Source of the DNA: an uncultured Atopobiaceae bacterium
GTDB lineage: Bacteria; Actinomycetota; Coriobacteriia; Coriobacteriales; Atopobiaceae
NCBI GenBank assembly: GCA_947626465.1
Contig: CANQSI010000001.1
Location: 17,253-81,252, forward strand
Direction: 5' to 3'
DNA length: 64,000 bases
Below are positions 1 to 7,347 of the stretch, piece by piece (position 1 is the first letter of the stretch; the number at the start of each line of letters is the position of its first letter). Position numbers and translations under genes: made by a program. The notes beneath the pieces were generated by a model. The model did no database searches. It worked only from the letters and a program-made list of their open reading frames with translations, and was not told where the DNA came from.

Positions 1-2
1 CC

Positions 3-563
3 TCCACGGCCGACATCCTCGGCGCCATCGAGAAGACGAACGCCAAGAACGTGATCGTGCTGCCCGACAACGGCAACATCCGCATGGCCGCCGAGGCGGC
101 GGCGTCCGCGGTGGAGGACTGCAAGGTGACGGTCGTGCCCACCAAGACCGTGCCGCAGGCATTCGCGGCCATGTTCGTCGTGGAAAACGACAAGGACGTC
201 TCCACCATCGCCGAGGCGATGAACGAGGCCATTGCGGAGATCCACGACGGCGAAGTCACGGAGGCCATTCGCGACTCCCAAGCAGCCGATGGAACGCCCA
301 TCAAGAAGGGCGACATCATGGGCATCCAAGACGGTGACATCACCGTCGTGGGGTCGAGCGTCGAAGAGGTGACGCTCGAGCTCGTGAAGAAGATCCAGGA
401 CGCCAACGAGGGCGATACGCTCACCATCCTCGCCGGGGCCGACATGCCCGAGGATCGCTTCGAGGCCCTCTGCGCGAAGATCGAGGACGCCGAGCCCGAT
501 CTCGAGATGGATCCGCACCGTGGCGAGCAGCCGCTCTATCCGATCATCTTCTCAATCGAATAG
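3..563 (+). CDS. DAK2-domain protein, YloV-like (C-terminal part; 5' end is upstream of the window)
   Basis: The frame is open from the window edge to TAG 561-563. The product (...NVIVLPDNGNIRMAAEAA...LTILAGADMPEDRFEAL...) looks like the C-terminal half of YloV/DAK2 fusion proteins. It lies directly upstream of recG, the classical yloV-recG arrangement. Confidence 0.75.
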   Translation, partial: STADILGAIEKTNAKNVIVLPDNGNIRMAAEAAASAVEDCKVTVVPTKTVPQAFAAMFVVENDKDVSTIAEAMNEAIAEIHDGEVTEAIRDSQAADGTPIKKGDIMGIQDGDITVVGSSVEEVTLELVKKIQDANEGDTLTILAGADMPEDRFEALCAKIEDAEPDLEMDPHRGEQPLYPIIFSIE

Positions 564-2727
564 CGCGCCCTTGAGCGCACGTCCGCTGGCGCCTCCCCTG
601 GCCCATCCCCGGCTCTCCGCGACGGCGACCCTCTCGTCGCCGGCTTCCGGATTGCGCTTTGCACGGGGTAAGCGCTCGGAGGCGCTCGAGCGACTCGGCA
701 TCCGCACCGTGCGCGACCTCTTCCTCCACGCGCCCACGCGCTACCTCGATTTCTCGCAGGTGAGCTCCATCGGGGATGCCGAGGTGGGCAAGAGCGCGAC
801 CATCGTGGCCACGATCGATCGCGTGAACCTCAAGCGCCCGCGTCCCCGACTCTCCATCGTGGAGGTCTTCCTCGTGGACGCCACCGGCGTGCTGCGCATC
901 TCGTTCTTCAGGCAGCCATGGCTGAAAGATGCCCTCAAGAAGGGCGATATCCTCGCCGTCTCGGGCAAGGTGGGCTTCTCGTACGGTTATCGCACGATGA
1001 CACCGGTCTTCCACGAGGTGCTCGGATCGGCTGAGGACGCGCCGGAGACCTACGCGCGCGTCATGCCCGTGCACGCCACGACCGAGGGCCTCTCGCAGGC
1101 GTGGATCCGGCGAATCCTCTCCTCGGCGCTTGCCGATGCGGGCGACGTGGCGGATTTCCTCCCCGCGCGCCTCGTGGCGGCCCATGGCCTCATGGGCGAG
1201 GCGGCGGCGTTCAGGGAGGCGCACTTCCCCTCGACCCTCGTCTCTGCCGAGCGGGCGAGAAGGCGGCTCGCCTATGATGAGCTGCTTTGCCTCCAGGTGG
1301 GGCTTCGACTGCGCAAAACCGCAGCCCCAGGCATGCTTTCCGGCATCACGCACGCAGTGGGCGGGCCCCGCGAGAGGGCGGTGAGGGAGAGCTTGCCCTT
1401 TGCGCTCACCAAAGACCAAGAGCGCGCCGCGGCGGAGATCCTCTCCGATATGGCATCGCAAGAGCCGATGAATCGCCTCTTGCAGGGCGACGTAGGGACG
1501 GGCAAGACGGCAGTCGCCGCCATCGCCTGCGGCGCCGCGGCGGATTCCGGATGCCAGGCCGCCATCATGGCGCCCACGTCCGTGCTCGCCTCGCAGTACG
1601 CGGCGAGCTTGGGGCCGGTTTTCGATCGTGCCGGCGTGCGGTGGCGGATCGTGACGTCGAAGACGCCGCGCGACGAACGCGCAGCCACGGCCGAGGCCCT
1701 GCTCCACGGGGACGTGGACGTGGTATTCGGCACCACGGCCCTGCTTTCGGGAGATCTCGCCTTCCCACGGCTCTCGCTCGTCGTGGTGGACGAGCAGCAT
1801 CGCTTCGGCGTGAACCAGCGCCAGGCCCTCGCGGGGAAGGGGGAGGCGCCGGACGTGCTCTCCATGACGGCCACGCCCATCCCCCGCACGCTCGCGCTCT
1901 CGCTCTATGGCGATGTGGCCGTGTCCTCCATGGCGGAGCGTCCCGTAAAGGGTGCAGGCGTGAGTACGAAGGTGCTCCCATGGGCGCACGTGGACGATGC
2001 CTGGCGTGCCGTCGACGAAGCAGTCGCCGCAGGACAGCAGGCTTACGTGGTGTGCCCGCTCGTGGATGACGCGGACGGCGGGAGCGAGCTCGAGGATGTG
2101 GCGGGGGAGGCAGCGGGAAAGCTCGCTTCCACGAAGGCCATATATGCCGAGCTCTCCGACCACGTGTTCCCCCGCCGACGCATCGGCCTCCTCCACGGGC
2201 GCCTTTCCGCGCAGGAGAAGGACGAGGTCATGGCCGCGATGCGCGCGGGGGAGATCGACATCCTCGTGTGCACGACCGTGGTGGAGGTGGGGGTGGACGT
2301 GCCGAACGCCTCGGTGATCGTCGTGCTCGACGCCGATCGCTACGGCCTCGCCACGCTCCACCAGCTTCGCGGACGCGTGGGACGCGGCCATATCCCCGGA
2401 CGTGCGCTCCTCGTCACGCGCGCGAAGCGAGGCTCGGACGCGAAGAAGCGCCTCCACGCCCTCGAGAAGAGCTCCGATGGCTTTGAGCTCGCCGAACTCG
2501 ACCTGGAGCTTCGCCATGAGGGCGAAGTGCTCGGGTATCGCCAATCGGGCGACGTGACGTTTCGCTTCGTGGACCTCGTGGCCGACCGCGATCTCGTGGA
2601 GGCGGCACATGCGGACGCCGAGCAGCTGTTCCGCGGCGACCCGACCCTTTCCGCTCCCGACCTTGCCCTCATGGTCGCCGAAGTGCGCGAGCGCTATGGA
2701 GCGCGGCTCAATCGGAGCGAGGGCTAA
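520..2727 (+). CDS. recG: ATP-dependent DNA helicase RecG
   Basis: 735-aa ORF with helicase motifs GDVGTGKT, VVDEQHRFG, SMTATPIPRTL, HGRLSAQEKD and QLRGRVGRG. The N-terminal wedge/OB region is present (IVATIDRVN...VSGKV). The start is uncertain: GTG 520 overlaps the upstream gene, and in-frame TTG 571 is an alternative. Confidence 0.9.
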   Translation: MASSRSIRSSSQSNSAPLSARPLAPPLAHPRLSATATLSSPASGLRFARGKRSEALERLGIRTVRDLFLHAPTRYLDFSQVSSIGDAEVGKSATIVATIDRVNLKRPRPRLSIVEVFLVDATGVLRISFFRQPWLKDALKKGDILAVSGKVGFSYGYRTMTPVFHEVLGSAEDAPETYARVMPVHATTEGLSQAWIRRILSSALADAGDVADFLPARLVAAHGLMGEAAAFREAHFPSTLVSAERARRRLAYDELLCLQVGLRLRKTAAPGMLSGITHAVGGPRERAVRESLPFALTKDQERAAAEILSDMASQEPMNRLLQGDVGTGKTAVAAIACGAAADSGCQAAIMAPTSVLASQYAASLGPVFDRAGVRWRIVTSKTPRDERAATAEALLHGDVDVVFGTTALLSGDLAFPRLSLVVVDEQHRFGVNQRQALAGKGEAPDVLSMTATPIPRTLALSLYGDVAVSSMAERPVKGAGVSTKVLPWAHVDDAWRAVDEAVAAGQQAYVVCPLVDDADGGSELEDVAGEAAGKLASTKAIYAELSDHVFPRRRIGLLHGRLSAQEKDEVMAAMRAGEIDILVCTTVVEVGVDVPNASVIVVLDADRYGLATLHQLRGRVGRGHIPGRALLVTRAKRGSDAKKRLHALEKSSDGFELAELDLELRHEGEVLGYRQSGDVTFRFVDLVADRDLVEAAHADAEQLFRGDPTLSAPDLALMVAEVRERYGARLNRSEG

Positions 2728-3332
2728 TGCGCATCGTCGGCGGAGTGTGGAGGGGAAGGCGCCTTGCCGCCCCCGAGGGGAGGGAGACGCGCCCCACGAC
2801 GGATCGCCTTCGGGAGAGCCTGGCATCCATGGTGCTCTCCGCTCGCGATCTCGATCTCTCGGGCGCGCGCATCCTCGACGCGTTCGCAGGTTCGGGAGCC
2901 CTTGGCCTCGAGCTTCTCTCCCGAGGCGCCGAGCACGCGCTTTTCATCGAGAGGAGCGCGAGGGCGGTGCGCGCGGTGGAGCGCAACGTGCGCGAGCTCA
3001 AAGCCCCCGCGATCGTGGTGGCGGGCGATGCGTGGAACGTGCTCGAGCGCCCCCCTGCCGCCCTCGATCGCTTCGACATCGTGCTCCTCGATCCACCCTA
3101 TCGCACGTCGCCGGTGCGCCTCGGAGAGCTCGTGGGCATCCTCGCTGCGCGTGGGATGCTCGTGCCGGGGGCCCTCGTGGTGCACGAGCGCTCGAGCGAC
3201 GCCCTCGGCCTCGACGCGAGGCAGCTCGCCGAACATGGCCTCCGGGCGCTGCGTACGCGCACCATCGGGCAAAGCGCCATCGACCTCTGGCGCTACGATG
3301 GGGCGTCGAGAGACGCTACGGCCGCTTCCTAA
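2727..3332 (+). CDS. rsmD: 16S rRNA (guanine966-N2)-methyltransferase RsmD
   Basis: 201 aa. N-terminus MRIVGGVWRGRRL..P.G..TRPTTDRLRESL, SAM motif LDAFAGSGALGLE and catalytic DPPY. The ATG overlaps the recG TAA (TAATG). Confidence 0.88.
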   Translation: MRIVGGVWRGRRLAAPEGRETRPTTDRLRESLASMVLSARDLDLSGARILDAFAGSGALGLELLSRGAEHALFIERSARAVRAVERNVRELKAPAIVVAGDAWNVLERPPAALDRFDIVLLDPPYRTSPVRLGELVGILAARGMLVPGALVVHERSSDALGLDARQLAEHGLRALRTRTIGQSAIDLWRYDGASRDATAAS

Positions 3333-3342
3333 GGAGTTACGC

Positions 3343-3849
3343 ATGCCCCACGACGGCATCACGAAAGTGGTGGTTCCCGGCACCTTCGACCCGGTGACCC
3401 TCGGCCACATCGACGTCATCTCCCGTGCGCAGCGCATCGCCCGCCACGTGGTGGTGGCGGTGGCCGCCTCCGCGAACAAGCGCGGCGTGGGCACCTCGCT
3501 CTCCCTCGAGGAGCGCGTGGACCTCGTGCGGGAGTCGCTTCGGGACGCGGGGCTCGGCGAGGTGGAGGTGAGGCCCCTCGAGGGGCTCCTCGTGGACTTC
3601 TGCCACGTCGTGGGCGCGCAGGCGGTGGTGAAGGGCCTTCGCGAGGCCGCGGACTTCGAGTACGAACTCCAGCAGGCGGCGATGAACCAAATCCTCGCGG
3701 GCGACATCGAGAGCATCTTCGTGATGAGCAAGCCGAAATACGGTTTCGTGTCGAGCTCCGTCGTGCGCGAGATCGCGAGCCTCGGCGGCGATGTGTCGCC
3801 ATTCGTGCCCGCTTGCGTACTGAGGAGGTTGCGAAGTGCCCGCCCATAG
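3343..3849 (+). CDS. coaD: Phosphopantetheine adenylyltransferase CoaD
   Basis: ATG at 3343 preceded by AAGGAG. 168 aa beginning MPHDGITKVVVPGTFDPVTLGHIDVI (the T/HxGH nucleotidyltransferase motif). ISSSVVREI lies near the C-terminus. The longer listed ORF from 2764 is out-of-frame read-through of rsmD. Confidence 0.9.
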   Translation: MPHDGITKVVVPGTFDPVTLGHIDVISRAQRIARHVVVAVAASANKRGVGTSLSLEERVDLVRESLRDAGLGEVEVRPLEGLLVDFCHVVGAQAVVKGLREAADFEYELQQAAMNQILAGDIESIFVMSKPKYGFVSSSVVREIASLGGDVSPFVPACVLRRLRSARP

Positions 3850-3948
3850 GGCCGCTACCTCATTGTTCTTCATCTGCATGCTAGTATTGCGGCGTGCGTG
3901 CGAGCACGCTTTTCGCACCACGTCCCAGCTCGCTTGAAAGGAGCCAAA

Positions 3949-4434
3949 ATGCAGCCGGGTGAAGAGCTGGAAAACCTTCTCCAAGATCTCGACGACCTCG
4001 TGGAAGATGCCAAGCCGGTCTTCGGCGGCGGCGGGCGTAAGCAAGTGGACCCCGAGGACATCTTCGCGATCACCGACGAGATTCGCGAGCTGTTCGATCG
4101 CGAGTTCACGGAGGCGCGGCGCGTGCGCAAGGCTGAGGCCGAGATCTTGGCCCATGCCGAGCAGCAGGCCGATTCGATCATCAGCGATGCGCAACAGCAG
4201 GCGCTGATCCTCGCGAGCGACCAGGAAATCGTGCGCCTCGCCAACCAGCAGGCCGAAGAGGTGCGCAACCAGGCGCAGGCCTACGAGCGGGATACGCGCT
4301 ATAACGCGGAGGAGTACGTGGAGAGCCTGCTCACGCGCCTCGAGGAGAACCTCAACTCCGTCGTCTCGTCGGTTTCGAGTTGCCGCGCCACGCTCACGCA
4401 GCAGAGCTCCTACGATCGCCCGCAGGGCTGGTAG
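3949..4434 (+). CDS. Hypothetical coiled-coil protein (Glu/Gln/Ala-rich, ATP-synthase-b/DivIVA-like heptads), unknown function
   Basis: ATG at 3949 with GAAAGGAG 6 nt upstream. 161 aa of almost uninterrupted predicted helix (EAEILAHAEQQADSIISDAQQQALILASDQEIVRLANQQAEEVRNQAQAYERD). Codon usage is host-like. It occupies the variable slot between coaD and yceD. Confidence 0.6.
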   Translation: MQPGEELENLLQDLDDLVEDAKPVFGGGGRKQVDPEDIFAITDEIRELFDREFTEARRVRKAEAEILAHAEQQADSIISDAQQQALILASDQEIVRLANQQAEEVRNQAQAYERDTRYNAEEYVESLLTRLEENLNSVVSSVSSCRATLTQQSSYDRPQGW

Positions 4435-4437
4435 CGC

Positions 4438-4998
4438 GTGTCCGAGGCCCTGAAAGTACGCCTCGACTCGAAGCTTGCCGAGGTGGGAAGCGTCCTCGAC
4501 GTCGAGGGCGTGCTCGCCGTCGATGATTTCGTGGTGGGGGATCGCTCGTTCAGCGCGCCAGAGGGCGTTGCCTACGAGCTCACCATCACCAACACCGGCG
4601 CCACGGTGCTCGCGATGGGAAGCGTGGAAGCGGAGCTCCAGGGCCTTTGCGATCGCTGCCTCGAGGAAGCCCGGCTCCACCTCACCGGCGAGGTGGATGC
4701 GCTCTTCGCCGACGACCCAGACGCTTTCTGCGAAGGCGACGATGAGGAGGAAATCGAGGTCCTGCCCATCGTGGAGGACATGATCGACCTCACCCTCCCC
4801 GTGCGATCCGCCATCGCGGTGGAAATCCCCTTCAAGGTGCTCTGCAAGCCGGACTGCAAGGGCCTTTGCCCGCATTGCGGCCAGAACCTGAACGAGGGCT
4901 CCTGCGAGTGCGAGGCGCGCCTCGCGGCCGAAGGCGATCCCATGAATCCCATGAGCGCCCTCAAAGCCTTCAAAACCAAGGATCGCACGGGCGAATAG
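4438..4998 (+). CDS. yceD: YceD/DUF177 family protein (23S rRNA accumulation protein)
   Basis: 186 aa, GTG start 3 nt after the preceding stop. The C-terminal Cys cluster CKPDCKGLCPHCGQNLNEGSCEC is typical of DUF177. It lies directly upstream of rpmF, a conserved pairing. Confidence 0.85.
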   Translation: MSEALKVRLDSKLAEVGSVLDVEGVLAVDDFVVGDRSFSAPEGVAYELTITNTGATVLAMGSVEAELQGLCDRCLEEARLHLTGEVDALFADDPDAFCEGDDEEEIEVLPIVEDMIDLTLPVRSAIAVEIPFKVLCKPDCKGLCPHCGQNLNEGSCECEARLAAEGDPMNPMSALKAFKTKDRTGE

Positions 4999-5010
4999 CA
5001 TAAAACCCCG

Positions 5011-5019
5011 TGCTATAAT
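5011..5019 (+). promoter_or_regulatory. Candidate extended -10 promoter (TGcTATAAT) for rpmF
   Basis: A perfect TATAAT at 5014-5019 is preceded by TG at 5011-5012, in the 84-nt yceD-rpmF gap of a GC-rich genome. The -35 is poor (GCGAAT). A 14-nt palindrome TGGCCGCGCGGCCA lies in the leader downstream. Confidence 0.45.
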
Positions 5020-5082
5020 CGCCGGCTGTTGAAGATTGCAATGCGATGGCCGCGCGGCCACCGTCCGATGGAAAGGCAACTC

Positions 5083-5262
5083 ATGGCAGTCCCCAAGCAG
5101 AAAAAGGGCAGGATCGCAACGCACCACCGCCGCTCGGCCAACGACGTGGCCGAAATGCCGTCCCGCTCCACGTGCCCGCGCTGTGGCGCGGTGAAGCTCC
5201 CGCACCGGGTGTGCCCGAGCTGCGGCTACTACAACGATCGCGAAGTCCTGATCGTCGAGTAG
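5083..5262 (+). CDS. rpmF: 50S ribosomal protein L32
   Basis: 59 aa beginning MAVPKQKKGRIATHHRRSA, with the zinc ribbon CPRCG...CPSCGYY. Confidence 0.93.
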   Translation: MAVPKQKKGRIATHHRRSANDVAEMPSRSTCPRCGAVKLPHRVCPSCGYYNDREVLIVE

Positions 5263-5289
5263 GGGCGCACCATCTCCGACGGACGTCTC

Positions 5290-5314
5290 GAGGCCGCCCG
5301 CAGGCGGCCTCTTT
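5290..5314 (+). terminator. Intrinsic terminator-like hairpin after rpmF
   Basis: GAGGCCGCC-cgca-GGCGGCCTC (9-bp GC stem) followed by TTT. It lies 28 nt after the rpmF stop and before the plsX RBS. Confidence 0.5.
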
Positions 5315-5348
5315 CATGAGTCGAGTCGACAGCGCGAAGGGGTTTGCC

Positions 5349-6338
5349 ATGGCGAGGGTATGCATCGACGCAGTGGGCGGAGATGAGCCGAGCGAGGTCG
5401 TCCTCGCAGGATGTGAGGCGGCGCTCAAAGCCTCTGAAAGCCTCGAGATCCTGCTTGCCGGCCCTGAGGACGTGGTCGCACCCTTCTGCGCCTCACACGA
5501 GCGCACAGAGCCTCTCGTGGCCTCGGAGACGATCGGCATGGAGGAGCATCCCACTCGTGCCGTCCGCACGAAGCGCGATTCGTCCATCGTGCGCGGCTGC
5601 AAGGCCGTGCGCGAGGGCGCAGCCGACGCCTTCTTCTCGGCGGGCTCAACAGGCGCCATCCTCGCCGCGGGCACGCTCTTCGTGGGGCGCGTGCGGGGAT
5701 GCTCCCGTCCGGCGCTCGCGTCGGTGGTCCCCGGGCTCGAAGGCGCGCGCCGCGTGATGCTCGATCTCGGCGCCAACGCCGACTGCCGCCCGGAAATGCT
5801 CGTGGAGTTCGCCCTCATGGGCCAGTGCCTCGCGAAGGCCACGCTCGGCCTGGGAGCGCCGCGGGTGGCGCTTCTCTCCAACGGCACCGAGGACACGAAG
5901 GGCTCTGAGGCCGCGATCGCCGCACACGAGGCCCTCGCGGCGGCCTCGGCGCGCGGCGTGCATTTCGTGGGGAACTGCGAGGGCTCCGACATCCTCCTCG
6001 GCGATGTCGATGTGATCGTGTGCGACGGCTTCACCGGCAACGTCGCGCTCAAGAGCATGGAGGGCGCGGCGAAGTACATCGCGCGACGCCTCAAGGCCGC
6101 GGCGAAGGCGAATCCCCTCTCCGCCGTGGGCGGGCTGCTCGTGAAGGGGGCCATGAAGGACCTCGCGGCAGACCTCTCCGGCGATGAGTACGGCGGGGCC
6201 CAGCTCCTCGGGCTCAAGGGCCCCGTGCTCATCGGGCACGGCGCCACGAGCGAAGAGGCGGTGAAAAACGGTGCCCTCGCAGCGCAGCGCGCGGCGCAGG
6301 CGCATATCGCCGATGACATAGCGGCGGTTTTGGCATAG
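5349..6338 (+). CDS. plsX: Phosphate acyltransferase PlsX
   Basis: 329 aa beginning MARVCIDAVGGDEPSEVV. Contains GANADCRPEMLVEFALMG and VCDGFTGNVALKSMEG, typical of PlsX. An alternative ATG at 5316 would overlap the terminator hairpin. Confidence 0.9.
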   Translation: MARVCIDAVGGDEPSEVVLAGCEAALKASESLEILLAGPEDVVAPFCASHERTEPLVASETIGMEEHPTRAVRTKRDSSIVRGCKAVREGAADAFFSAGSTGAILAAGTLFVGRVRGCSRPALASVVPGLEGARRVMLDLGANADCRPEMLVEFALMGQCLAKATLGLGAPRVALLSNGTEDTKGSEAAIAAHEALAAASARGVHFVGNCEGSDILLGDVDVIVCDGFTGNVALKSMEGAAKYIARRLKAAAKANPLSAVGGLLVKGAMKDLAADLSGDEYGGAQLLGLKGPVLIGHGATSEEAVKNGALAAQRAAQAHIADDIAAVLA

Positions 6339-6390
6339 GGTAAGCGCGAGGCAAGGCGGGCCCCATCGGCCCCAAGGCGAAGGAGGTCCC

Positions 6391-6627
6391 ATGGACCGCG
6401 ATCAGGTGCTCCAGAAGGTGGCATCGGCCATTGCCGAGGTCATGGACCTCGATGTCGATTCAATCGACGAGGACACCACGTTCAAGTCCATCGAAGCGGA
6501 TTCGCTCGATCGCATCGAGATCATCACCGACCTCGAGGACCAGCTCGAGATCGTGGTGGATGACGACGATCTCGACGAGATCGAGACCGTGGGCGACGCC
6601 GTGGACGCGATCATGAGGATGCTCTAG
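6391..6627 (+). CDS. acpP: Acyl carrier protein
   Basis: 78-aa acidic protein with the phosphopantetheine attachment motif EADSLDRIEI. Confidence 0.9.
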   Translation: MDRDQVLQKVASAIAEVMDLDVDSIDEDTTFKSIEADSLDRIEIITDLEDQLEIVVDDDDLDEIETVGDAVDAIMRML

Positions 6628-6633
6628 GCCCTC

Positions 6634-7335
6634 ATGGCTCTCGAGGAAACGCTCGGTAGGGCCGAGGAGCTCATCGGCTACACATTCGAAGAACCTGCCC
6701 TGCTCCTTAAGGCGCTCACGCATCCATCGGCGGTGGAAGGACATGCCGTCGAAGATTCCTATGAGCGCCTCGAGTTCTTGGGCGACGCGCTCCTCGGCGC
6801 CCTCGTGTCGATTTACCTCTACAAGCACAATCCCGATATGAACGAGGGCGAACTCACCCGTGCGAAGACCGTGCTCGTCTCCGGCGAGCACCTTTCCGCG
6901 GTGGCGGAGGAGCTCGGCCTCGGCGAGTGCATCTTCCTCGGCGAATCCGAGCACGGTACGAACAATCGCGGCCTTCGCTCGGCGCTCGAGAACGTCTACG
7001 AATCCCTCTGCGGGGCGATCTACCTCGATGGCGGGCTCTCCGAGTTCGGGCACTTCGTGGGGCGCACGCTCCTTTCCGAGCCCATCGATCCCGGGGCGTT
7101 TCTCGAAACCTCGCCGAAGTCGCTTCTCCAGGAATACTCCCAGGCGAACCTCCACCTTTCCCCCGCCTATGAGCTCGTGAGCAGGGTGGGGCCGCCCCAT
7201 GCGCCCACGTTCACCTTCGACGTGTTCGTGGGTGGCAGGAAGCTGGGCACGGGCAAGGGCGCGAGCAAGAAGGAGGCCGAGAAGGCGGCCGCGAAGGTGG
7301 CGCTCGAGGCCCTCCAAGCGGAGCTCGAGGACTAG
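6634..7335 (+). CDS. rnc: Ribonuclease III
   Basis: 233 aa. RNase III signature ERLEFLGDALLG and a C-terminal dsRBD (GPPHAPTFTFDV...GKGASKKEAEKAAA). Confidence 0.93.
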   Translation: MALEETLGRAEELIGYTFEEPALLLKALTHPSAVEGHAVEDSYERLEFLGDALLGALVSIYLYKHNPDMNEGELTRAKTVLVSGEHLSAVAEELGLGECIFLGESEHGTNNRGLRSALENVYESLCGAIYLDGGLSEFGHFVGRTLLSEPIDPGAFLETSPKSLLQEYSQANLHLSPAYELVSRVGPPHAPTFTFDVFVGGRKLGTGKGASKKEAEKAAAKVALEALQAELED

Positions 7336-7347
7336 GCAGGAGCGCCC

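Noticed and set aside
544-2826. A 760-aa antisense ORF opposite recG. Similar giant antisense ORFs occur at 3337-5205, 6460-9216, 10944-12173, 11809-13269, 15409-17196, 24526-26022, 26265-27818, 27879-29294, 31616-34426, 39650-41767, 41635-43113, 44838-47486, 55324-57198 and 57192-58322.
   Set aside because: Each lies exactly opposite a gene with clear family motifs and shows antisense-type amino-acid composition with no motifs of its own. Long shadow ORFs are expected in high-GC genomes.
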